Shown piece by piece: positions 7,059 to 14,284 of a stretch of DNA of 14,615 nt (positions are counted from its first letter, which is position 1; every line of letters begins with the position of its first letter). A program made the position numbers and the translations under genes. The stretch lies in assembly GCA_044222475.1 (NCBI GenBank), contig JBGANF010000174.1, forward strand, positions 1-14,615, given 5' to 3'. The notes below the pieces were generated by a model. It saw only the letters and a program-made list of their open reading frames with translations. It did no database searches and was not told the DNA's origin. This DNA comes from Polyangiaceae bacterium. Lineage in GTDB: Bacteria > Myxococcota_A > Polyangia > Polyangiales > Polyangiaceae.

Positions 7059-7087
7059 ATCGTACCTCACCCCACGTATCGTATGCT
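7059..7087. promoter_or_regulatory. Back-to-back divergent -10 hexamers: TACGAT (minus, 7059-7064) and TATGCT (plus, 7082-7087)
   Basis: 8 nt upstream of GTG 7050 (minus) and 9 nt upstream of ATG 7097 (plus), in a 46-bp gap. Confidence 0.55.
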
Positions 7088-7096
7088 CGACTCGAG

Positions 7097-8359
7097 ATGG
7101 ACCTTCGGATCAAGGCGCTCGCTGCGCTCGACGCACGCGCCGTCCCGCTCCCGCACGGGACCGAGGTGATCACCCGCGTCGACCGCGTCGTGGGAGAGCG
7201 TCGCGTCCCGCAAGGCGCGGTCGGCCGCGTCACCAAGGTCGACGGAGACTCGGTCGACGTCACGCTCGTCGGCATCGGAGTCGTGCGCTACGCCCGCGGT
7301 GAGCTGTCCGCGCGCCGCACCGGTCAAGCGCTATACGCCCAACGCCGCGCCGACGCGTGGAAAGCGCTGCGTCCGTGCATCGTGCTCGACGCGACCGTCG
7401 GGTCGCGCGCGTGGGGCCTCGCGAACGAGAGCTCGGACGAAGATCACCGCGGCGTCTTCGCGCTACCGTTTTCTTGGACGCAGGGCCTCGTCGCGCCCCC
7501 CGAGGATTTGACGAGCGAAGACGGCAGCGCCACCTACTGGGCCGCCGGAAAGGCGATTCGACAAGCGCTACGCGCCGACCCGAACACGCTCGAGATGCTC
7601 TTCTTGCCGAGCGCGCGTGCGACCGATCCGATCGGCGAGTGGATCCTCGCCGAACGCGACGCCTTCGTGTCGACCGAGATCTACGGCACGTTCGGCCGTT
7701 ACGCGCTCGGCCAGCTGCGGCGCCTCGAGCAGGGACTTCGCTTGGCGGAGCATCGCGCGGTCGTCCTCGAGTGGTTGCGCGACGACCCGACGTTGACGCT
7801 CGACGCCGTCGCCGAGAAGCTCTCGCGCGTCTCGACCCGCGCGATGCCGACGGAGACCGACCGCGTGCATCAGGCCAAGGCCTACGTGAAGCAGCTCTAC
7901 CGATCGCTCGCGGATCAGGGGATTCTCCCGGCGAACGAGTTCGCTGCGCTCGTGAAGTTCGCCCGCGAAGAGTCGCACGCGTTCGACCTCCCGCGCGAGC
8001 TCCGGCCGAAGAACGCCTACAACCTCGTTCGCTTGCTCTCGACCGCGACGCGCTGGCTCATCGAGGGTGTACCGACCTTCGAGGTGCACGGCGCGCTCCG
8101 CGATCGTCTGCTCGCGATCAAGGCGGGCTCGGTCCCCCTCGACGACGTGCTCGCCGAGGCCGAGGCGATGGCACCGGAGCTCGAGCGCGCGCGCGACGCG
8201 TCGACGCTGCCGAAGCGCCCCGACATCGCGAGGGCAGACGCGCTCCTCCGACGGATCGGTGACGAAGTCGCGCGGCGCTGGGTCGGGCGCGCGGCCGGCC
8301 CGCTCGGCGTCGACGCACCCGAGCCGCCCTCCGTCGAGTGGCGTGAGGGGGACGGATGA
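7097..8359 (+). CDS. RlaP/YcgL-type DNA polymerase-beta superfamily nucleotidyltransferase with N-terminal SH3-like extension (420 aa)
   Basis: Start moved from 6920 to ATG 7097. VGSRAWGLANESSDEDHRGVF (GS..G..SD-x-D-x-RG), A-x-PN-x-LE-x-LF, TFG-x-YA-x2-Q, KNAYNLVRLL, LLAIK-x-G and S-x-LP-x2-PD fit the PF10127-type family. Confidence 0.88.
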   Translation: MDLRIKALAALDARAVPLPHGTEVITRVDRVVGERRVPQGAVGRVTKVDGDSVDVTLVGIGVVRYARGELSARRTGQALYAQRRADAWKALRPCIVLDATVGSRAWGLANESSDEDHRGVFALPFSWTQGLVAPPEDLTSEDGSATYWAAGKAIRQALRADPNTLEMLFLPSARATDPIGEWILAERDAFVSTEIYGTFGRYALGQLRRLEQGLRLAEHRAVVLEWLRDDPTLTLDAVAEKLSRVSTRAMPTETDRVHQAKAYVKQLYRSLADQGILPANEFAALVKFAREESHAFDLPRELRPKNAYNLVRLLSTATRWLIEGVPTFEVHGALRDRLLAIKAGSVPLDDVLAEAEAMAPELERARDASTLPKRPDIARADALLRRIGDEVARRWVGRAAGPLGVDAPEPPSVEWREGDG

Positions 8360-9138
8360 TCGATCTCGGGCTCAGGGACGACCAGATGCGAGTGATGACC
8401 CAGGTCGTCGCCGAAGAGTCCGCGCACCGCGAGCACGTCGTGATCTACTTGAGCGGTGCGCACGCATACGGCTTTCCTTCGCCGGACAGCGACCTCGACT
8501 TGAAGGCGATCCACCTCGAGTCGACGAGGAAGCTCCTCGGCTTCACCCCCCCTGCCCTCACGTTCGATCGCGCCGAGGTGATCGACGGCATCGAGATCGA
8601 CTACACCTCGAACGAGCTCGCGAACGTGCTCGCCGGCGTCCTCGCGGGCAACGGCAACTTCATCGAGCGAATCCTCGGCCGGCTCGTCGTGTCCCAATCT
8701 GGGATCCTCGACGACCTGCGCCCCGTCGTCACCCGTTCCCTGAGTCGCCAGGTGCACAAGCACTACCGCGGGTTCGCGCAGAACCAACGGAAGGCGCTCG
8801 AGCGAGAGCCCACCGCGAAGAAGCTGCTCTACGTTCTCCGCACCGCATTGACCGGGATTCACCTCCTCGAGACGGGTGCGCTCGAAACCGATCTGTCGGT
8901 GCTCGGGCCGCGCTACGGCCTCGGCGAGGCCTCGGAGCTCATCGAGCGGAAGCGCGCGGGCGAGCGCGTTCTTCTCGACGACACGACGGTCGACGCGTGG
9001 CGCGCTCGAGTCGACCGACTCCTCGGTCGACTCGACGCGGCGAGAGACTCCAGCGTCCTCCCGGAAGACCCAGCGAACGTCGCCGAGGTCGAGGAGTGGC
9101 TCCTCGCGGTTCGCGCCTCGCGCCTTTCGGCGTGCTAG
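8356..9138 (+). CDS. RlaP/YcgL-type pol-beta nucleotidyltransferase, second copy (260 aa)
   Basis: ATGA overlap with the first copy; LSGAHAYGFPSPDSDLDLKAIH, GNGNFIE, HYRGFA-x2-Q, KKLLYVLR-x2-LTGIHLL-x-TG, S-x-LP-x2-P. Confidence 0.9.
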   Translation: MIDLGLRDDQMRVMTQVVAEESAHREHVVIYLSGAHAYGFPSPDSDLDLKAIHLESTRKLLGFTPPALTFDRAEVIDGIEIDYTSNELANVLAGVLAGNGNFIERILGRLVVSQSGILDDLRPVVTRSLSRQVHKHYRGFAQNQRKALEREPTAKKLLYVLRTALTGIHLLETGALETDLSVLGPRYGLGEASELIERKRAGERVLLDDTTVDAWRARVDRLLGRLDAARDSSVLPEDPANVAEVEEWLLAVRASRLSAC

Positions 9139-9159
9139 CTTCACCGTGGAGGCCAAGGG

Positions 9160-9858
9160 ATGGGGATCAATCGCCTAGTGATTTGGCTGGTGTGCGCAGC
9201 CGTTCCGACCATCGCGTTCGCCGCGTGCGTCGGCGATTCCCCCATCGCGACGGTCGACGCAGGAACCGACGTCACCACGATCGACGCAGCGCCCGACGCC
9301 GACGAGCCCTTCGAGGCAGGGGTCGAGCTCGAAGGTGGCGTCATCCTCGACGGAGGCGGCAACCCCGACGACACCGACAGCGGCCTCGTCGTCGACGCCG
9401 GCAAAGATGCCGGCACGTGCGGAGTATCCGGGGCGGCGCCGAGCGTCACCTCGGGGTGTGCCTATCTGTTCTTCACCCCGGGCGGCGGATCACTCGCCAC
9501 CGTCACCTACCACCTCACCGGGTTCACCGTGTACGGCACGGCCTCGTACTGTCAGAACACGTTCAAGTCGGGCACGTACTCGGGCAAGCTCACGATCACC
9601 AAGAACCCGAACAACAGCTACACGTTCCAAGAGCGTCTCGGCCCGACGAACCAGATCTACCTCCCGCCGAACACCCCGAACAAGAACTTCACCGTCATTC
9701 CGAGCGGCACGTCGCTCGCGGTCGCGCAAACCTGCGGCAACGTCGTGTCCGACACGAGCTGGGAGTACACGACCGGCGGAACCGTCGGCGCCCGCACGAT
9801 CAACTACGTCCGCGCGAGCGGCAGCTCGACGATCAAGCTCTACTGGGCGCAGGACTAG
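9160..9858 (+). CDS. Hypothetical lipoprotein with acidic DAG linker and Thr/Tyr/Asn-rich domain
   Basis: SD-like GGAGG/AAGGGG upstream; lipobox FAA-C; DAG-rich linker; G/C-rich third codon positions. Confidence 0.8.
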   Translation: MGINRLVIWLVCAAVPTIAFAACVGDSPIATVDAGTDVTTIDAAPDADEPFEAGVELEGGVILDGGGNPDDTDSGLVVDAGKDAGTCGVSGAAPSVTSGCAYLFFTPGGGSLATVTYHLTGFTVYGTASYCQNTFKSGTYSGKLTITKNPNNSYTFQERLGPTNQIYLPPNTPNKNFTVIPSGTSLAVAQTCGNVVSDTSWEYTTGGTVGARTINYVRASGSSTIKLYWAQD

Positions 9859-9865
9859 CGGCGGC

Positions 9866-10525
9866 TCACTTGCCGATCTTGAAGCGGGCGAGCTCGTCGA
9901 CGCGTCCGGTCGAGCGCTCCCACTTCACGACGCCGACGCCCTTCGCCAGCCAGACCTTGCCGGTCTCGTTGTCGCGGTTCTTCGTCTCGATCTGAAGCGC
10001 GTCGAACGTGCCGGCGGCGACCTCGATCTTCGTCGGCCCGATGACCGTGATCTTGTCGTCGACGGTGCGCTTCACGTGCGCATACGCCGCCGCGCGCGCG
10101 TCGAGCTCGGGCGACTGGAGCGGGAGCACCTCACCCGGCTTCGGCGGGAGCGAGATGATCTTCATGAGCGGAGGCGGCGTCTGGATCGCGGCGTCGTTGT
10201 CGATCGCGACTGCGTAGATGCCGTCGGGCCGCTCCTCGGCGAGGCCGCGGAAGAAGCTCGATCCGATCAGGGCTTGCCCCTCGCCCTCGGCGAAGTACGC
10301 GGTCTTCCCGCCGCCCGCCTTCACCACGATCGTCGTCGACGCCTGGTTGCCGCGGTTGGTCGTGTTGTACGAGTACTCCGAGCCGGGGATCAGCGGGAGG
10401 TACGAGTCGGCCCACGGCTCCTTGGCCTTCGGTGCCTCGACCTTGTCCGGCGGCGGGGGCGCTCCGCCTCCGCAGGCCGCAAGGGTGACGCCGAGCATCA
10501 GAGAGACGATGTGCAGGGTGCGCAT
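9866..10525 (-). CDS. Hypothetical lipoprotein with DUF3108/TapB-like beta-sheet C-terminus (219 aa)
   Basis: Start moved to ATG 10525 (MRTLHIVS; 10537 is an alternative); lipobox LAA-C; YLPL-x-PG..Y-x-Y, V-x-AGTFDALQI, WLAKGVGVVK. Confidence 0.75.
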   Translation of the reverse strand: MRTLHIVSLMLGVTLAACGGGAPPPPDKVEAPKAKEPWADSYLPLIPGSEYSYNTTNRGNQASTTIVVKAGGGKTAYFAEGEGQALIGSSFFRGLAEERPDGIYAVAIDNDAAIQTPPPLMKIISLPPKPGEVLPLQSPELDARAAAYAHVKRTVDDKITVIGPTKIEVAAGTFDALQIETKNRDNETGKVWLAKGVGVVKWERSTGRVDELARFKIGK

Positions 10526-10532
10526 GGTCGGC

Positions 10533-10538
10533 ACCATA
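10533..10538 (-). promoter_or_regulatory. Putative -10 hexamer TATGGT (leaderless-type)
   Basis: TANNNT 7 nt upstream of ATG 10525 (minus). Confidence 0.5.
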
Positions 10539-10548
10539 TCACCTTTGG

Positions 10549-11760
10549 CTACCAAACGACCGGCGCTGCGTTCGGCCGACTGGTCACGCTGCCGTCGCCG
10601 AGTTGCCCCTCGCGACCGTCGCCCCAACAGAGGACGTTGCCATCACCGGTGCGAGCGCATGCGTGGCTCTCGCCGACCGCGATCTCGACGGCGCCGCTGA
10701 CGCCGGCGATCTTCGTGAGGCCAGTCGACTTCGAGCCCATCGACGCGTCGACGCACAGCACGTCGCCGCTCTTCACGATCACGCAGCCGACGTCTTGGCC
10801 CATCGCGAGCGCGACCACGTCGCGCAAGGTCGGGACCGGACGCGCCGCGACGAGGCTCATCGTGCTCGACACGAACGGCACCTGCCCCCAGCAGCTCACG
10901 CCCGCGGTCGTCGTGATCGCGCAGCCGCCGGCCGATCCGACGACGATCGACGCGACGTTGGTGGCCGCGACCACGAACGGATCCGCGCGCACCTTGCCTT
11001 TGGGGATGAGACCCGGCGAGACGTCGCTGAAGCACTTCACCTGCGTCGGCAGCCGCGCGCACGAGAGGTTGCCTCCGTCCGCGATCTGGAGCGCGCCGGC
11101 GAACCCGGGGACGACGACCGGCGCGCGACTGCCGGCGTCGCGCGGATCACCGTTGCCGCGATCATAGTCGGCCCAGCACGTCACCGACTTGTCGCCGAGG
11201 AGCGCGCACACGTGCCCGTTCACCGACAGCGACGCGACGCCGGACAGTCCGAGGACCGGCATCGGCTTTTCGGTGCGCGGCGGCGGGCCCGGCGGGAGCG
11301 GCGTGCCGAGGCCTAGATCGCCGTCGTCCGTGCCCCAACAGCGCACCGTCCCGTCTTCGAGTCGAGCGCACGCGTAGGCCTCGCCGACCCCGACCTCGGC
11401 GACCGGCGGCAGGTTGGGGATCACCTGCGGTCGACGGATGTCCGAGTGCCCCAAATCCGAGTGCTGGTTCGAGATGACGTTGAAGCGGTTGTCGCCCCAG
11501 CAGCGCACCGACCCGTCGGCGTGGCGGCTGCACGTCGTGTCGCCACGGGCCGCGAGCTGCGTGGCCGGCGCGCGCGCGACCGGCGGCGGCGAAGCGCTCG
11601 ACGTCGGCGCGGGAGCGAGCGCGGACGAGACCGGTGCGGCGGAAGACGACGGCGTCGCCGTCGCCGTACCAGAAGGCGGCGTCGTCGTACCATTTTGGGA
11701 CGCGGCGCCACCGCAGGCGGCGAGCACGAACAGAAGACCGAGCGAGGCGCGGGGCGACAT
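10549..11760 (-). CDS. RCC1/BLIP-II beta-propeller repeat lipoprotein
   Basis: Lipobox LAA-C; Ser/Thr/Pro linker; about 7 repeats of the type G-x2-H-x-CA..DG-x-V-x-CWG-x4-GQLG (e.g. GESHACARTGDGNVLCWGDGREGQLG). Confidence 0.92.
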   Translation of the reverse strand: MSPRASLGLLFVLAACGGAASQNGTTTPPSGTATATPSSSAAPVSSALAPAPTSSASPPPVARAPATQLAARGDTTCSRHADGSVRCWGDNRFNVISNQHSDLGHSDIRRPQVIPNLPPVAEVGVGEAYACARLEDGTVRCWGTDDGDLGLGTPLPPGPPPRTEKPMPVLGLSGVASLSVNGHVCALLGDKSVTCWADYDRGNGDPRDAGSRAPVVVPGFAGALQIADGGNLSCARLPTQVKCFSDVSPGLIPKGKVRADPFVVAATNVASIVVGSAGGCAITTTAGVSCWGQVPFVSSTMSLVAARPVPTLRDVVALAMGQDVGCVIVKSGDVLCVDASMGSKSTGLTKIAGVSGAVEIAVGESHACARTGDGNVLCWGDGREGQLGDGSVTSRPNAAPVVW

Positions 11761-11769
11761 CTGCTCCGC

Positions 11770-11793
11770 ATCCTACCGCCCGGGAGCTAGAAT
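11770..11793. promoter_or_regulatory. Back-to-back divergent -10 hexamers: TAGGAT (minus, 11770-11775) and TAGAAT (plus, 11788-11793)
   Basis: Each lies 9 nt upstream of its start (11760 minus, 11803 plus) in a 42-bp gap. Confidence 0.6.
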
Positions 11794-11802
11794 CGAGCAC
11801 CC

Positions 11803-12063
11803 ATGAGCGAGCTCCTCTTGGTGGTCGAAGAATCGTTCGCCTCGCGCCGCGATGCGCTCGTGCTCCCGCGCTTCGAGCTGCGTGCGGGTGCGCCCCTGAA
11901 GGTCGAGGTGCGCCTCCGCCTACCGGATGGCACCGATCGCCGCGCGACCGCGACGATCGACGTGGCCCACGTCCGCGGCGATCGGCCCCCGTTCGCGATG
12001 TACCGATTTCCCGGGATCGCGGTCGAGGACATCCCACCTGGTACCGAGATCTGGTCGCTTTAG
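11803..12063 (+). CDS. Small hypothetical protein (86 aa), possibly an EF-Tu domain II-like beta-barrel
   Basis: Fills the gap between the RCC1 and kinase genes; LLVVEESF..R..LV start, V-x-L-x2-PDG, G-x3-EDIPPGTEIW end. Confidence 0.7.
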   Translation: MSELLLVVEESFASRRDALVLPRFELRAGAPLKVEVRLRLPDGTDRRATATIDVAHVRGDRPPFAMYRFPGIAVEDIPPGTEIWSL

Positions 12064-12110
12064 CGATGGGGCATCGACGGCGAGCGCGTTCGGGGGGATG
12101 ATGAGCCCCG

Positions 12111-13772
12111 ATGGAAGAAGAGACGACTCTTCGCCCGGGCTCCCGGCTCGACCGGTACGAGCTCGTCTGCCCGGTCGCCCAGGGCGGCATGGCAGCCGTG
12201 TGGCTCGCGCAGCTGCGGGGCAAGCGCGGCTTCGAAAAGCTCTTCGGCATCAAGACGATCAAGACCGAGCTCACCGACGACACGCGCTTCCAGGAGATGT
12301 TCCTCGACGAGGCGCGGATCGCATCCGGGATCGAGCACCCGAACGTCGCCCACATCGTCGACCTCGGTGAGCAGGGCAACGTCCTCTACATCGTCATGGA
12401 GTGGGTCGACGGCGAGTCGCTCACCAAGGTCTCGCGCCTCGCCCGCAAGAAGGGTACGCCCCTTCCCCTCGGCCTCACGCTGCGCCTCATGGCCGACGCG
12501 TGCGCCGGCCTCCACGCCGCGCACGAGCTCAGCGACTCGCACGGTGAGAACCTCGGCGTCGTCCACCGCGACGTCTCGCCGCAGAACATCCTCGTGACCG
12601 CCGCGGGTGCGGTGAAGGTGATCGACTTCGGCGTCGCGAAGGCGCGCAACCGCCGCGCCGGCGAAACGGCCGAGGGCGTCGTCAAAGGCAAGGTGCGCTA
12701 CATGGCGCCCGAGCAGGTCCGCAACGAGAACGTCGACCGACGCGCCGACATCTGGGCGATCGGGGTGTGTCTCCACGAGCTCGCGACCGGGAACCTCCCG
12801 TTCGACGGCGCGAGCGACATCGACATCGTGCGCAAGCTCATCGACGAAAAGGCCGAGCCGGTCTTCGCCGACGACCTCCCCGACGAGGTGCGCGAGATCC
12901 TCGCGCACTCGGTCGCGCGCGACCCGGCCGAGCGGTTCTCGACCTGCGCGGCGATGCGGCGCGCGCTCGAGAACGCGATCGTCAAGCTCGACCTCGAAGC
13001 CCGCACCGAGGACGTCGCCGACTTCCTCAAGAAGGAGCTGCCCGAGCTCGAAGAGAAGCGCAAAGAGGTCGTGCGCAAGGCCCTCAACGAGGTCAACGCG
13101 CGCGCTTCGATGGCCAGCATCAGCGACGCCGACGACGTCGCCTTCGCCGAGACCGTCGTGTCGAGCTCGACCGGCGCCACGAAGGCGACGAGCGCGGCGA
13201 AGAAGATCACCAAGGCGACCGACGACGACGACCGACCGACCAAGCGCCCGTCGAAGCGTCCCATGTCGGTCCAGAGCGCGCGCGCCGTGCTCGCGGGCGA
13301 AGAAGACACCGGCGCGACCCGCACGTCGTTCGTCGACGACGAAGAGGTCGCCGGCCTCCCGAAGAACCGCGGCTTCTTCCTCTTCGCCGCGCTGGTGGCG
13401 CTCGCGGCGGGCGCGTGGTTCATCTGGCCCGGAAAAGCGCGCATCCGCGAGATGATCCCCGGCGGTCAAGCGACGCCGGCCGTCACCGAGCCCGCACCGT
13501 CCGCGTCGGCGTCGGCGCCTCCTTCGGCGTCGGCCTCGGCCAGCGCCATCCCGCTCGATCTCGACGACGGGGCCGCTCCCGTCACGTCCGCGAGCGCGGC
13601 CGTCGGCGTCACGCCGACGACGACGCGAACCGTCCCCACCGGCACCCAAGCGCCGACCACCACCGCGACCGTCACGCCGACCGCCACCGCCACCGTGACC
13701 GCCACGCCGACCGCCACCGCGACGGTCACGCCGACGGCCACCGCGACGGAAGACGACAACTCGCCGTACTGA
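12111..13772 (+). CDS. Membrane-anchored Hanks-type Ser/Thr protein kinase
   Basis: AQGGMAAVW, GIK, F-x-DEARIA, HPNV, HRDVSPQN, DFG, GKVRYMAPE, DIWAIG; TM helix FFLFAALVALAAGAWFIW; Pro/Ala/Ser/Thr tail. Confidence 0.96.
   Translation: MEEETTLRPGSRLDRYELVCPVAQGGMAAVWLAQLRGKRGFEKLFGIKTIKTELTDDTRFQEMFLDEARIASGIEHPNVAHIVDLGEQGNVLYIVMEWVDGESLTKVSRLARKKGTPLPLGLTLRLMADACAGLHAAHELSDSHGENLGVVHRDVSPQNILVTAAGAVKVIDFGVAKARNRRAGETAEGVVKGKVRYMAPEQVRNENVDRRADIWAIGVCLHELATGNLPFDGASDIDIVRKLIDEKAEPVFADDLPDEVREILAHSVARDPAERFSTCAAMRRALENAIVKLDLEARTEDVADFLKKELPELEEKRKEVVRKALNEVNARASMASISDADDVAFAETVVSSSTGATKATSAAKKITKATDDDDRPTKRPSKRPMSVQSARAVLAGEEDTGATRTSFVDDEEVAGLPKNRGFFLFAALVALAAGAWFIWPGKARIREMIPGGQATPAVTEPAPSASASAPPSASASASAIPLDLDDGAAPVTSASAAVGVTPTTTRTVPTGTQAPTTTATVTPTATATVTATPTATATVTPTATATEDDNSPY
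13656..13748 (+). repeat. Coding low-complexity repeat encoding (TATVTPTA)-like units in the kinase tail
   Basis: Recurring acgccgaccgccaccgc-type units; protein TTTATVTPTATATVTATPTATATVTPTATAT. Confidence 0.75.
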
Positions 13773-14284
13773 TGAAGCGCTTCGCGTTCTCCTCGTTGAT
13801 CGTCACGATCGCCGCGTGCGGCGGGAGCACGACGACGATCGACGCCGGCCCGCCGGCGGACGCCAGCAACGAAGCGACTGCCGATGCTTCCGGCGACGCA
13901 GGCGCGTGCGTCCGGGTGTCCCAAGAAGGTACACCGTGCGTCAAAGGTCAGCGCTCGTGCGACCGCGTCGATCTCTGCTGCGCCTCCGCGTTCACGTGCA
14001 ACTCGGTGTCGAACACGTGGAAGCTCGAAGGCATGGCCTGCCTCCTCTGCCAGTCGCACCCGTGCGGCGGCAAGACGTGCCAGGGGAACCAGATGTGCGT
14101 CCAACGCCAATCCGGAGTGAACGGCGGGACCACGACGTACGAGTGCGCGCCCTACCCCGACGCGTGCGCGCGAGAGTGGACCTGCGGTTGCGTGCAGCAG
14201 AACCTTCCGCCGAGCTGCACGCTCGCGCCGAACGGTTGCGTCGACTCTCCGTTTCCCGTCACGCTCACGTGCATGGGCGCGTGA
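13772..14284 (+). CDS. Cys-rich lipoprotein (170 aa)
   Basis: Real start is ATG 13772 (TGATG overlap with the kinase stop), inside the 12767..14284 ORF; MKRFAFSSLIVTIAA-C lipobox; 18 mature Cys. Confidence 0.85.
   Translation: MKRFAFSSLIVTIAACGGSTTTIDAGPPADASNEATADASGDAGACVRVSQEGTPCVKGQRSCDRVDLCCASAFTCNSVSNTWKLEGMACLLCQSHPCGGKTCQGNQMCVQRQSGVNGGTTTYECAPYPDACAREWTCGCVQQNLPPSCTLAPNGCVDSPFPVTLTCMGA

Noticed and set aside
6920..7275. Apparent 356-bp head-to-head overlap of the membrane gene and first NTase in the ORF track
   Set aside because: Artefact of longest-ORF starts; GTG 7050 and ATG 7097 remove the overlap and each has a -10-like hexamer.
7097..9138. NTase pair as CBASS CD-NTase, AbiEii or minimal MNT-HEPN toxin-antitoxin
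   Set aside because: Motifs fit the RlaP/YcgL family; no CBASS effector or Cap2/3, and no separate HEPN gene.
954..13649. Long alternative-frame and antisense ORFs (e.g. 954..2876, 5332..7302, 8067..9995, 9335..11167, 12060..13649)
   Set aside because: Arg/Pro/Ala-rich or antisense shadows of motif-bearing genes, expected where high GC makes stops rare; no family motifs.
12767..13771. 505-aa ORF suggesting a frameshift fusion with the kinase
   Set aside because: The upstream part is an Arg-rich shadow frame; the lipoprotein has its own ATG and signal peptide at 13772.
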